A DNA stretch of 64,000 nucleotides from Thermoplasmatota archaeon. GTDB lineage: Archaea; Thermoplasmatota; E2; DHVEG-1. Below the pieces are notes generated by a model. It searched no databases. It saw only the letters and a program-made list of their open reading frames with translations, and was not told the origin of the DNA. Positions 54,601 through 61,941 of the stretch are shown piece after piece. Positions within the stretch are counted from its first letter, which is position 1. The number at the start of each line of letters is the position of its first letter. The stretch covers positions 10,971 to 74,970 of the forward strand of contig JAFGML010000031.1 in NCBI GenBank assembly GCA_016927555.1, read 5' to 3'. The position numbers were made by a program, and so were the translations under genes.

Positions 54601-56151
54601 TTTACCTGCTCCCAGGACTCACAGGAGAAAATCAAGGAGAAAGTCAAGGAGCTGAAGTTGAACCGTGTGGTGATCGCATCGTGCACCCCACGAACCCACG
54701 AATCCTTATTCCAGGATACCTTACGACAGGCAGGGTTAAACCCACATCTCTTTGAAATGGCGAATCTGCGTGACCAGAACTCCTGGGTGCATAAAAGTAG
54801 CCCTGGGAGAGCAACAGAGAAAGCCATAGATGCCGTCCGGATGGCAGTGGCAAAAGCCTCAGAGCTCTACCCGGTCCACCATCTGCAGATCCCTGTAGTC
54901 GCTTCTGCCCTTGTCATCGGCGGTGGCATCGCAGGCATGTACGCTGCACTCTCACTTGCAGATCAAGGCTACCCAGTGAGCCTCGTGGAGAAAGAACCAC
55001 AGCTCGGTGGGCACCTCAGAGACATGTATCTTGGAGTACGCGGTGAGCAGCCTCAGGAAATCCTGCAGAAGACGATTGCTCGTGTCACAAAACATCCTCG
55101 CATCACCGTCTACACTGATACGACTCTTGAGAACGTTGCTGGGTATGTTGGGAATTTCACGAGTACGGTAAAGACAAAAAAAGACAAGCACGGCATCGAG
55201 ATTCAGCACGGGGTCATCATCGTTGCCACGGGTGGCGTACCCTACGAGCCTACCGAATATTCGTACGGGAAACAGGACGACATCACCACGCAGACACAGT
55301 TTGAAAAAGACTTGTTTGACGAGAAACCTTCTCTGAAAAAACTCAAAGAAGTCGTAATGATCCAGTGCGTCGGGTCCCGGAATGATGATCACCCGTACTG
55401 CAGCAGGGTGTGCTGCTCACAGGCGCTGAAGAACGCTGTGCGACTCAAGCACATCAACCCGGAGTGCGCTGTCTATGTGTTGTACCGAGACATCAGGACG
55501 TATGGGTTCCGTGAGGACCAGTTGTACCACGCGGCACGGGCTGCAGGCGTCCTGTTCATTCGTTTTGATGAGAAGAAAGAACCAGCCGTCAGTGCGCAGC
55601 AAGGAAAAATCCTGGTGAAGACCTCAGATCCTATCCTCGGACGAGAGGTGCACCTACATCCTGATACCCTCGTCTTGAGCACAGGAATCCTGCCGCAGGA
55701 GAACACCAGAGTGGCGCAGCAGTTGAAAGTGCCGTTGAATGAGGATGGGTTCTTTGCGGAGGCACACGTGAAACTACGACCCGTGGATTTCTCCGCGGAT
55801 GGCATCTTCGTGTGTGGTCTTGCGCATTCACCACGTTTCCTTGAAGAAACCGTCATACAAGCGAAAGCAACCGGTGCACGGGCAGCCACGATTCTATCGC
55901 GGAAGTTCCTGGAGACAAAAGGCAACATCGCACGGGTGGTGTCTCGCAATTGCGCCGGCTGTCGACTCTGCATCGAGGTCTGTCCATATGATGCAATTAC
56001 CTTTGATGAGGAGAAACAAGTCGCGGTGGTCAATGATATCTTATGCCAGGGGTGTGGCGCGTGTGCAGCGGTGTGTCCCAGTGGTACGTCGCGGCAGAAC
56101 ACGTTTACGAAACGTCAGATTGTCTCCATGATTGATGCGTGTTTGGAGTGA
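51634..56151 (+). CDS. Giant HdrA-like fusion: truncated HdrA module with an inserted GltD/NfnB-like NAD(P)H:FAD module, followed by a complete HdrA module (HdrL-like)
   Basis: 1505 aa with no in-frame stop. Module 1: VMVIGGGISGIQSSLDLA, LDKTFPTNDCAMCILAPK. Insert (about nt 52120-53580): CRIACPAG, ICYHPCETDCNR, KIAIIGSGPAGLTCA, ILVIGGGNVAMDSART, VFAGGDAV. Module 1 then resumes with SIEFERMLSASGPY, CIGSRD, CSSVCCMY. Module 2 starts at about nt 54480 with IGVFVCHCGINI, ALVIGGGIAGMYAALSLA and terminal ferredoxin motifs. Confidence 0.75.
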   Translation: MGKDAKTKTPATTTHGSVMVIGGGISGIQSSLDLADAGFKVYLVERDLSIGGTMTQLDKTFPTNDCAMCILAPKLVYTGRHENIRIITNAEVTRVAGEVGNFQVTLRKHPRYVDLEKCNGCGDCVEHCPVSLHSAFDEGLATHKAIYQPFPQAIPNAFSIQKNQGESPCRIACPAGLNAHAFIALAAQEQYAEAYELIREIIPLPGSLGRICYHPCETDCNRKDIEEPLSICKIRRYIADHIYQHPEELTTYRQLQQDKQKDISTTKKKKRGKGQKIAIIGSGPAGLTCAVDLAQQGYTPIIYEAEKHSGGMLHYGVPGYRLPKDYLRKEIDLLCTEHHIEIKNNQKLGRDFTLPDLKKQGYHAVFLAIGAHKSRAAGIECCTGTDTCALEGVEYLKQLNRNMIAPDYFKGKKILVIGGGNVAMDSARTARRLGGTVTILYRRTQKEMPAHTEEIQHAQDEGIPFQFLTAPTMLQKKEKETCLQCIQMKLGEPDDSGRRRPQPVPNSEFDIPCDYTIFAIGQELDTQLMDDANITITKNGFIHADPLTLQTSQEWVFAGGDAVSGPASAVEAIAAGHQAAISIDRFVNNQDLIAGRNHREQKKADIPPATVRIPIPREHSMLLPVEERITSFAEVDQGFTREQLLREAKRCLNCSGCCECLQCVLWCGRDAISHEMKLSTETIDVGAVILSPGFSEYSPPKADSYGYQVYPNVLTSIEFERMLSASGPYKGHIQRISDGKSPKKIAWLQCIGSRDESCNRKYCSSVCCMYATKEAVIAKEHAPGVETHIYFMDMRSFGKDFEKYYSRAQEEYGVVYRRCRISKVEQQRQSKDLVIRYVADDGTMKQETYGMVVLSVGLQPCSALGELSKAVDVNLNEYGFVDTDPVDPVLTTREGVYASGTVTEPKDIPESVTQASAAAAEAAKAIADARGSEIVEKTYPAERDVKAELPRIGVFVCHCGINIAGVVDIKRVVELAHTLPYVVYADDSIFTCSQDSQEKIKEKVKELKLNRVVIASCTPRTHESLFQDTLRQAGLNPHLFEMANLRDQNSWVHKSSPGRATEKAIDAVRMAVAKASELYPVHHLQIPVVASALVIGGGIAGMYAALSLADQGYPVSLVEKEPQLGGHLRDMYLGVRGEQPQEILQKTIARVTKHPRITVYTDTTLENVAGYVGNFTSTVKTKKDKHGIEIQHGVIIVATGGVPYEPTEYSYGKQDDITTQTQFEKDLFDEKPSLKKLKEVVMIQCVGSRNDDHPYCSRVCCSQALKNAVRLKHINPECAVYVLYRDIRTYGFREDQLYHAARAAGVLFIRFDEKKEPAVSAQQGKILVKTSDPILGREVHLHPDTLVLSTGILPQENTRVAQQLKVPLNEDGFFAEAHVKLRPVDFSADGIFVCGLAHSPRFLEETVIQAKATGARAATILSRKFLETKGNIARVVSRNCAGCRLCIEVCPYDAITFDEEKQVAVVNDILCQGCGACAAVCPSGTSRQNTFTKRQIVSMIDACLE

Positions 56152-56158
56152 AACGAGT

Positions 56159-56608
56159 ATGAGTGAAGACAAAAAGGAGCAGAAGAAGGAGCCGTTTGAG
56201 CCGAAGATCGTTGGGTTCTTATGTAACTGGTGTAGCTACGCAGGTGCGGATCTCGCAGGCACCAGTCGTATCCAGTACCCCCCGAACATCCGGATTATCC
56301 GGGTGATGTGTTCAGGCTCCGTGGATTCCATGTACATTCTCCGTGCGCTGCTCGAAGGTGCTGATGGTGTGTTTGTGGGTGGCTGTCACCCAGGGGATTG
56401 TCACTACATCGATGGGAACTACAAAGCCCGCAGGCGAATGGTGCTGCTGCAGAACATCCTGGAGACCCTCAGGTTGGAGAAGGAGCGGGTGTGGTTACGC
56501 TGGATTTCTGCGTCAGAGGGCCAAAAGTTTGCTGATACGATGAATGAGATGACCGCAGCCATCAAAAAGTTAGGGCCAAACCCGATGGCGAAACACTGGG
56601 ATCTGTAG
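56159..56608 (+). CDS. mvhD: MvhD, copy 2
   Basis: It reads VGFLCNWCSYAGADLAGTSRIQYPPNIRIIRVMCSGSVDSMYILRAL..GADGVFVGGCHPGDCHY. ATG 56159 is preferred; the track start is 56132. Confidence 0.85.
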   Translation: MSEDKKEQKKEPFEPKIVGFLCNWCSYAGADLAGTSRIQYPPNIRIIRVMCSGSVDSMYILRALLEGADGVFVGGCHPGDCHYIDGNYKARRRMVLLQNILETLRLEKERVWLRWISASEGQKFADTMNEMTAAIKKLGPNPMAKHWDL

Positions 56609-56620
56609 GAGGACTATGAG

Positions 56621-57742
56621 ATGGTACAGAAAATGTTGAAGGTCAAGGATGGGGATGTGTCCGGTGCAATCAACGACTTCTTACGGCAGCTGCTCTCCTC
56701 ACAGAAGCTCCAGGCGCTCATCGTGCCACAGGCTATGCCGTCACAGAAGACGACCTTCCCAGTGCTGGTCTCTGACCCGCACATGCTTCATGCAGCCCCA
56801 CTAGCACCCCTGCTTGCTGCCTCAACCGCAGCACTGGTATCCAGGATGACGAAGGTGCAGGCGGCACCACACCCCATTGGTGTGGTGATGCGCTCCTGTG
56901 AGATTCGTGCGTTGTTAGAATTAGTGAAGTTGAACCAGGCGAAACTGGAGAACATCGTGATCATAGGCATCGACTGCCTTGGGACGTTTCCCTTGAATAC
57001 GTACGTGGAGTTTCCTGAGAAACAGAAACCAACAGAGTATCTGCTTGAGCAGTGGAAGAAGAATCCTGATGCCCTGGACAAGTACCTTCGGTCTGCATGT
57101 CGCGTCTGCAAGGACCCCATCCCGACGAACGCTGATATTGTCCTAGGGTTGTATGGCACTGACATCGAAAAACAGATCATTGTCGAGGCGTATTCCGACG
57201 TTGGCAAGCAACTAGTGGAACATGTGAAACTTGAGGAGGGAAAAGACAGCAAAGAACGGCAGAAAGCACTCCAGCAGGTTCGTGAAGACAAAACAAAGAA
57301 ACGGCAGCAGTTCCTCAAAGAAAAAGCAGGCATCAAAGGCATTGAGAAGCTTGCTGAGTTCTTCGACCGGTGTGTGAACTGCCACAACTGTCGTCAAGCC
57401 TGTCCAGTATGCTACTGCAAAGAGTGCTTGTTTGACTCCTCTGTGTTTGATGCAGAGGCGTACAAGTTTCTGCGGCGGGCGGAGATGAAAGGAATGCTGA
57501 AGATGCCGACCGATGCCCTGCTGTTCCACGTCGGCAGGATGAACCACATGATTCTCTCCTGTGTCCAGTGCGGGTTATGTGAGCAGGCCTGTCCGAACAC
57601 CATCCCCTTGATGGATGTGTTCATCCCTGTCGCAGAGCAGGCGCAGAAGGAGTTTTCCTACACCCCGGGCAAGGATAAGGATGAGAAGATACCGTTAATT
57701 GTGTACAAGGAAGACGAATTCTTAGAGGTAGGAGAAAAGTAG
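56621..57742 (+). CDS. FrhB/FdhB-like Fe-S (flavo)protein subunit
   Basis: 373 aa. IGVVMRSCEIRALLELVKL...IVIIGIDCLGTF resembles the FrhB GxPCQIxAxRK...IGxxC pattern. The C-terminal Cys clusters are CVNCHNCRQACPVCYCKEC and CVQCGLCEQACP. Confidence 0.5.
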   Translation: MVQKMLKVKDGDVSGAINDFLRQLLSSQKLQALIVPQAMPSQKTTFPVLVSDPHMLHAAPLAPLLAASTAALVSRMTKVQAAPHPIGVVMRSCEIRALLELVKLNQAKLENIVIIGIDCLGTFPLNTYVEFPEKQKPTEYLLEQWKKNPDALDKYLRSACRVCKDPIPTNADIVLGLYGTDIEKQIIVEAYSDVGKQLVEHVKLEEGKDSKERQKALQQVREDKTKKRQQFLKEKAGIKGIEKLAEFFDRCVNCHNCRQACPVCYCKECLFDSSVFDAEAYKFLRRAEMKGMLKMPTDALLFHVGRMNHMILSCVQCGLCEQACPNTIPLMDVFIPVAEQAQKEFSYTPGKDKDEKIPLIVYKEDEFLEVGEK

Positions 57743-57744
57743 GT

Positions 57745-58413
57745 ATGGCAGTGATTGACTCCCGGAGTGTTGACCATTCCTTCAAGTATCAGATAGCCAA
57801 GGAACCAGGCGGTGAGGGAATCCTGAAGTGTTTCTCCTGTGGCGCATGCACAGCACGATGCCCGGAGATGGAGGTCAACAACGAGTGGAACCCCCGGGTC
57901 ATCATCAGAAAAGCACTGTTAGGACTAAAGGATGAAGTCTTGTCTAGTGAGTTTTTCTGGGTCTGCAGTGCCCACTACCGGTGTCTGGAGAAATGCCCAC
58001 AGAAAGTCAACGTCAAAGAAGTCATGAACGCGGTTCGTAACACCAGACTCTATGAAGAACAAGCAGAGGATGCAACGCAGACGAAACCACAGAAAGGCCT
58101 TGATTTCCAGTTCAAGTACCATATCGTAGACACCCCAGAAGGCAAGAACCTCTACGAATGCTTTTCATGTGGGACGTGCACCGCAGGATGCCCGGAGCGT
58201 GAGCTTGATCCCTTGTATTCCCCACGACGGGTCATCAAAAATGTCTTAGTCGGCAGGAAAGACGCTGTGTTTTCCAATAAGTTCGTGGAGATCTGCTCGT
58301 CTCACCATCGGTGTCTGACGCAATGCCCGCAGGGTGTGGAGATTCCAAAGTTGATGAATGCAATTCGAAACATTGCGATAAGAGAAGGATACCAGCGGAA
58401 GAGTCCATCGTGA
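57745..58413 (+). CDS. Tandem HdrC-like ferredoxin (two HdrC repeats in one chain)
   Basis: 222 aa. Repeat 1 has CFSCGACTARCPE and CSAHYRCLEKCPQ. Repeat 2 has CFSCGTCTAGCPE and CSSHHRCLTQCPQ. Confidence 0.6.
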   Translation: MAVIDSRSVDHSFKYQIAKEPGGEGILKCFSCGACTARCPEMEVNNEWNPRVIIRKALLGLKDEVLSSEFFWVCSAHYRCLEKCPQKVNVKEVMNAVRNTRLYEEQAEDATQTKPQKGLDFQFKYHIVDTPEGKNLYECFSCGTCTAGCPERELDPLYSPRRVIKNVLVGRKDAVFSNKFVEICSSHHRCLTQCPQGVEIPKLMNAIRNIAIREGYQRKSPS

Positions 58414-58418
58414 ATGCT

Positions 58419-61400
58419 ATGACAAAAAAAACAACTCCAATTGGTGCTGTCGCTGTGATCGGCGGTGGGATTACTGGTGTTCAGGCCTCCTTGGACCTCG
58501 CGGACATGGGGTTCCGGGTGTATCTCTTGGAGAAATCCCCGACGATCGGGGGGGTCATGGCGCAGTTGGACAAGACGTTTCCGACCAACGATTGCTCCAT
58601 GTGTATTTTATCCCCGAAGCTCGTGGACTGTGCACGACATGAGAACATCACGTTGCACACCCTTGTTGACGTCCAGTCTCTGGAAGGAGAGCCTGGGAAT
58701 TTTACGCTACGTGCAGTGCAGAAGCCACGGTATGTGGATCTGGAGAAATGCACCTCCTGTGGGAGCTGCGAGGACGTCTGCCCGGTGTCTCTGCCGAACG
58801 CGTTTGAGTACGGGTTGGTGAAACGAAAAGCGATTTACAAGCCGTTCCCACAGGCGATCCCCAATGCGTACGTTATTGATAAAGAAGGGGACGGGAAGCA
58901 TCGTGGGTGCGTGGACTGCATGCGGTGTGTCAAGGAGTGTAAATCTGGTGCCATCAACCACGAGCAGAAGCCTGAGGAGCTCACCCTTCAGGTTGGTGCG
59001 GTGATTCTTGCAGCGGGGTCGGTACCCTTTGACCCTGTGGTGAAACCAGAGTTTGGCTACCGGCGCTATCAGAATGTGATGACCAGTGTGGAGTTCGAAC
59101 GAGTCCTGTCAGCGTCTGGTCCGTTCCAGGGGAAGATTCTGCGTCCGAGTGACCAGCAGCATCCGACGAAGATCGCCTGGGTGCACTGTGTCGGGTCCCG
59201 TGATGCAGCGGTGAACCATGAGTACTGCTCTGCGATGTGCTGTATGTACACTGCAAAGGAAGCCGTGATTGCCAAGGAGCATGCTGCGGACATTGAGCCA
59301 ACTGTGTTCTACATCGATGTGCGATCCTATGGAAAGGATTTTGATAAATATATTACTAGAGCAAAGGAGCAGCATAACGTTCGGTATGTGCGCTCACGGA
59401 TTTCTGAGATTACTGAAGATCCCACGACGAAGGACCTGCTCATCACGTACGAGGATGATGCCGGGGAGCTGAAGAAAGAGCGGTTCCACCTGGTTGTTCT
59501 GTCTGTTGGGTTGTGTGGTGCTGGGGAGCAGAAACATGAGCTCTTGGAGAAGCTTGGACTGCAAGCCAATGAATTTGGGTTTCTTCAAACACGCCTTGAG
59601 GAACCCGTGGTGATTCGTCCAGGGGTGTTCGCAGCAGGGTCTCTCGTAGAGCCGCAGGCGATCCCTGAATCAGTCATGCAGGCGTCAGCCGCAGCAGCAA
59701 ACGCAGCTGCGTTACTGAAGGACGCTCGGGGAACACTGGTGACCGAAAAGCAGTATCCACCGGAGCGGGATGTTTCGTCTGAGGAACCACGGATAGGCGT
59801 GTTTGTCTGTCATTGTGGGATTAACATTGGTGGGTATGTGGATGTCCCTGCTGTGGTCAAAGCCACCCAGGCTCTACCGAATGTTATCGTTGTAGAACCA
59901 AATGTGTACACCTGCTCTGAGGATACGCAGAAGAAGATCGTTGATGCGATTCGCACGCACCAGTTGAACCGCATCATTGTCGCGGCGTGTACGCCCCGTA
60001 CGCATGAGCCGCTGTTCCAGAAGAGTCTTCGGGAGGCAGGGTTGAATCCGTATCTGCTGGAGATGACCAACATCAGGGAGCAGTGCTCCTGGGTGCACAT
60101 GGATGAACCCCTGTCAGCGACAGAGAAGGCAAAGGAACTGATTGCGATGACCGTGGCAAAAACACGGTTTCTACAGCCGATTCAGGAAGCAGAAATACCG
60201 GTGACGCAGAAAGCACTGGTCATCGGTGGTGGCATCGCAGGGATGACCGCTGCGCTCTCCTTAGCTGACCAAGGCTATGACACTGTGCTTGTGGAAAAAG
60301 AATCGTGCCTTGGTGGATACCTCCAGAAGGTGTACTACACGGTCGATGGTCTTGATGTGGCCGCTGTCTTGAAACAGACAGTTGCACAGGTGCAGCAGCA
60401 TCCGAGGATCACCGTGCATACCTGTGCTCAGGTTACATCGTTAAAAGGCTACGTGGGGAACTACGAATCAGAGATCACCACTGCTCAGGGTACAGTATCT
60501 TTTGCCCATGGTGTCGTGGTCGTGGCCGTTGGTGCTGATGAGTACAAACCACGAAGTTACCACTACGGGAAGAACCCGCGGGTGCTGACACAATCAGAGT
60601 TAGAATGCTGGTTGAGCACCTGTACATCACAGGATATTCAGAAGACGGAGACCTTTGTCATGATTCAATGCGTAGAATCACGTGATGACAAGCGACCGTA
60701 CTGCAGTCGTATCTGTTGTATGCAGGCGGTGAAAAACGCCTTGAAAATCAAAGAGTTGAATCCTCGTGCCGAGGTCTTCATCCTGTACCGTGACCTCATG
60801 ACCTATGGGTTCAAAGAGAAGTACTACAAACAAGCCCGGGAGAACGGTGTCGTGTTCCTCCAGTACGATGCTGAGAAGAAACCAGAGATTGAAGCCAAAG
60901 ACAGAGGCAATCTGATCGTCAAAGTCCATGAGCCGATGCTCGGGGAACTGTTGAAGATCCCTGTAGACCATCTGATTCTTTCTACGGGGCTGCAGCCGAA
61001 TCCAGATAACCCAGCGATAGGCAAATTGCTGAAGGTGCCGGTGAACGATGACGGGTTCTTCCTGGAGGCGCATGTGAAGCTCCGCCCTGTGGATTTCTCA
61101 ACACGCGGTGTGTTTGTCGCAGGGAACTGCCATCTCCCAAAATTCATCAGTGAGTCTATTTATCAGGGTCAGGCTGCTGCTGCACGGGCTGCTACGATCC
61201 TCTGTCAGAGCACGTTGAAGGCAGAGCCTAATATCGCTTGTGTTGATGAAGAGCTGTGCAGTGGGTGTGGGGTGTGTCTTACGGTATGTCCGTACAATGC
61301 TATTGACCGAGTGACAAAAGAAAGTGACGGCAAATCAGTCAGCCATGCGTCGATTAACGAAGGGTTATGTCAAGGGTGTGGGACGTGTGTCAGTGCTTGT

Positions 61401-61478
61401 CCGAGTCATGCGATCCAACAACGCGGGTTTAAAGACAAGCAGATACTTCCGATGATTGAAGAAATGTGCAGTACCTAA
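58419..61478 (+). CDS. Tandem HdrA fusion (truncated HdrA module plus complete HdrA module)
   Basis: 1019 aa from ATG 58419; the track ORF starts at 58311 and overlaps the previous gene. Module 1: VAVIGGGITGVQASLDLA, LDKTFPTNDCSMCILSPK, SVEFERVLSASGPF, CVGSRD, CSAMCCMY. Module 2, from about nt 59787: IGVFVCHCGINI, ALVIGGGIAGMTAALSLA, CVESRD and the terminal CSGCGVCLTVCP / CQGCGTCVSACP. Confidence 0.75.
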   Translation: MTKKTTPIGAVAVIGGGITGVQASLDLADMGFRVYLLEKSPTIGGVMAQLDKTFPTNDCSMCILSPKLVDCARHENITLHTLVDVQSLEGEPGNFTLRAVQKPRYVDLEKCTSCGSCEDVCPVSLPNAFEYGLVKRKAIYKPFPQAIPNAYVIDKEGDGKHRGCVDCMRCVKECKSGAINHEQKPEELTLQVGAVILAAGSVPFDPVVKPEFGYRRYQNVMTSVEFERVLSASGPFQGKILRPSDQQHPTKIAWVHCVGSRDAAVNHEYCSAMCCMYTAKEAVIAKEHAADIEPTVFYIDVRSYGKDFDKYITRAKEQHNVRYVRSRISEITEDPTTKDLLITYEDDAGELKKERFHLVVLSVGLCGAGEQKHELLEKLGLQANEFGFLQTRLEEPVVIRPGVFAAGSLVEPQAIPESVMQASAAAANAAALLKDARGTLVTEKQYPPERDVSSEEPRIGVFVCHCGINIGGYVDVPAVVKATQALPNVIVVEPNVYTCSEDTQKKIVDAIRTHQLNRIIVAACTPRTHEPLFQKSLREAGLNPYLLEMTNIREQCSWVHMDEPLSATEKAKELIAMTVAKTRFLQPIQEAEIPVTQKALVIGGGIAGMTAALSLADQGYDTVLVEKESCLGGYLQKVYYTVDGLDVAAVLKQTVAQVQQHPRITVHTCAQVTSLKGYVGNYESEITTAQGTVSFAHGVVVVAVGADEYKPRSYHYGKNPRVLTQSELECWLSTCTSQDIQKTETFVMIQCVESRDDKRPYCSRICCMQAVKNALKIKELNPRAEVFILYRDLMTYGFKEKYYKQARENGVVFLQYDAEKKPEIEAKDRGNLIVKVHEPMLGELLKIPVDHLILSTGLQPNPDNPAIGKLLKVPVNDDGFFLEAHVKLRPVDFSTRGVFVAGNCHLPKFISESIYQGQAAAARAATILCQSTLKAEPNIACVDEELCSGCGVCLTVCPYNAIDRVTKESDGKSVSHASINEGLCQGCGTCVSACPSHAIQQRGFKDKQILPMIEEMCST

Positions 61479-61496
61479 TGATGGGAGGCAGAGTCT

Positions 61497-61892
61497 ATGG
61501 AAATGGAAATTACATTCTCTGGTGGAAAAAAAGTAAATGCTGATTTTAACGGATTTACCGTTGTAACCGATCAACCGATTGCGGAAGGAGGTAGTGGTAC
61601 TGACCCAGCACCGTTTGATTTCTTTCTGGTCTCAATAGGGACATGTACAGGATACTATGCGCTGATGTTCTGTCAGAAAAACAACATAGCAACTGAGGGT
61701 ATGAAACTCGTGATGAAATGTGAGCAAGACAAGGGTACTCATTTGATAGAGACAATACATATTGCGATTACACTTCCAAAAGGGTTTCCTGAGAAATACA
61801 AGAAGGCGGTCATCCGGTCTGCTGAGGCGTGTACTGTGAAGAAGCATCTGGAGACCCCACCGAAGTTTGATATCCAGGTAGTACTTCAGTAG
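61497..61892 (+). CDS. OsmC/Ohr-family protein
   Basis: 131 aa with GGSGTDPAPFDFFLVSIGTCTGYYA and SAEACTVKKHL (two conserved Cys contexts). GGGAGG precedes the ATG. Confidence 0.75.
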   Translation: MEMEITFSGGKKVNADFNGFTVVTDQPIAEGGSGTDPAPFDFFLVSIGTCTGYYALMFCQKNNIATEGMKLVMKCEQDKGTHLIETIHIAITLPKGFPEKYKKAVIRSAEACTVKKHLETPPKFDIQVVLQ

Positions 61893-61941
61893 TCAGTATG
61901 TTTATGTAGCTGTTTTCTGTTGCCTGGAACGGGAAGGTACT

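Noticed and set aside
38637-61478. Possible selenocysteine (in-frame TGA) sites in the hydrogenase large subunits, HdrA modules or MvhD
   Set aside because: All these ORFs are uninterrupted, and the relevant ligand positions (DPCxxCxxH, the HdrA Cys motifs) are encoded as Cys. No split-gene pattern was seen.
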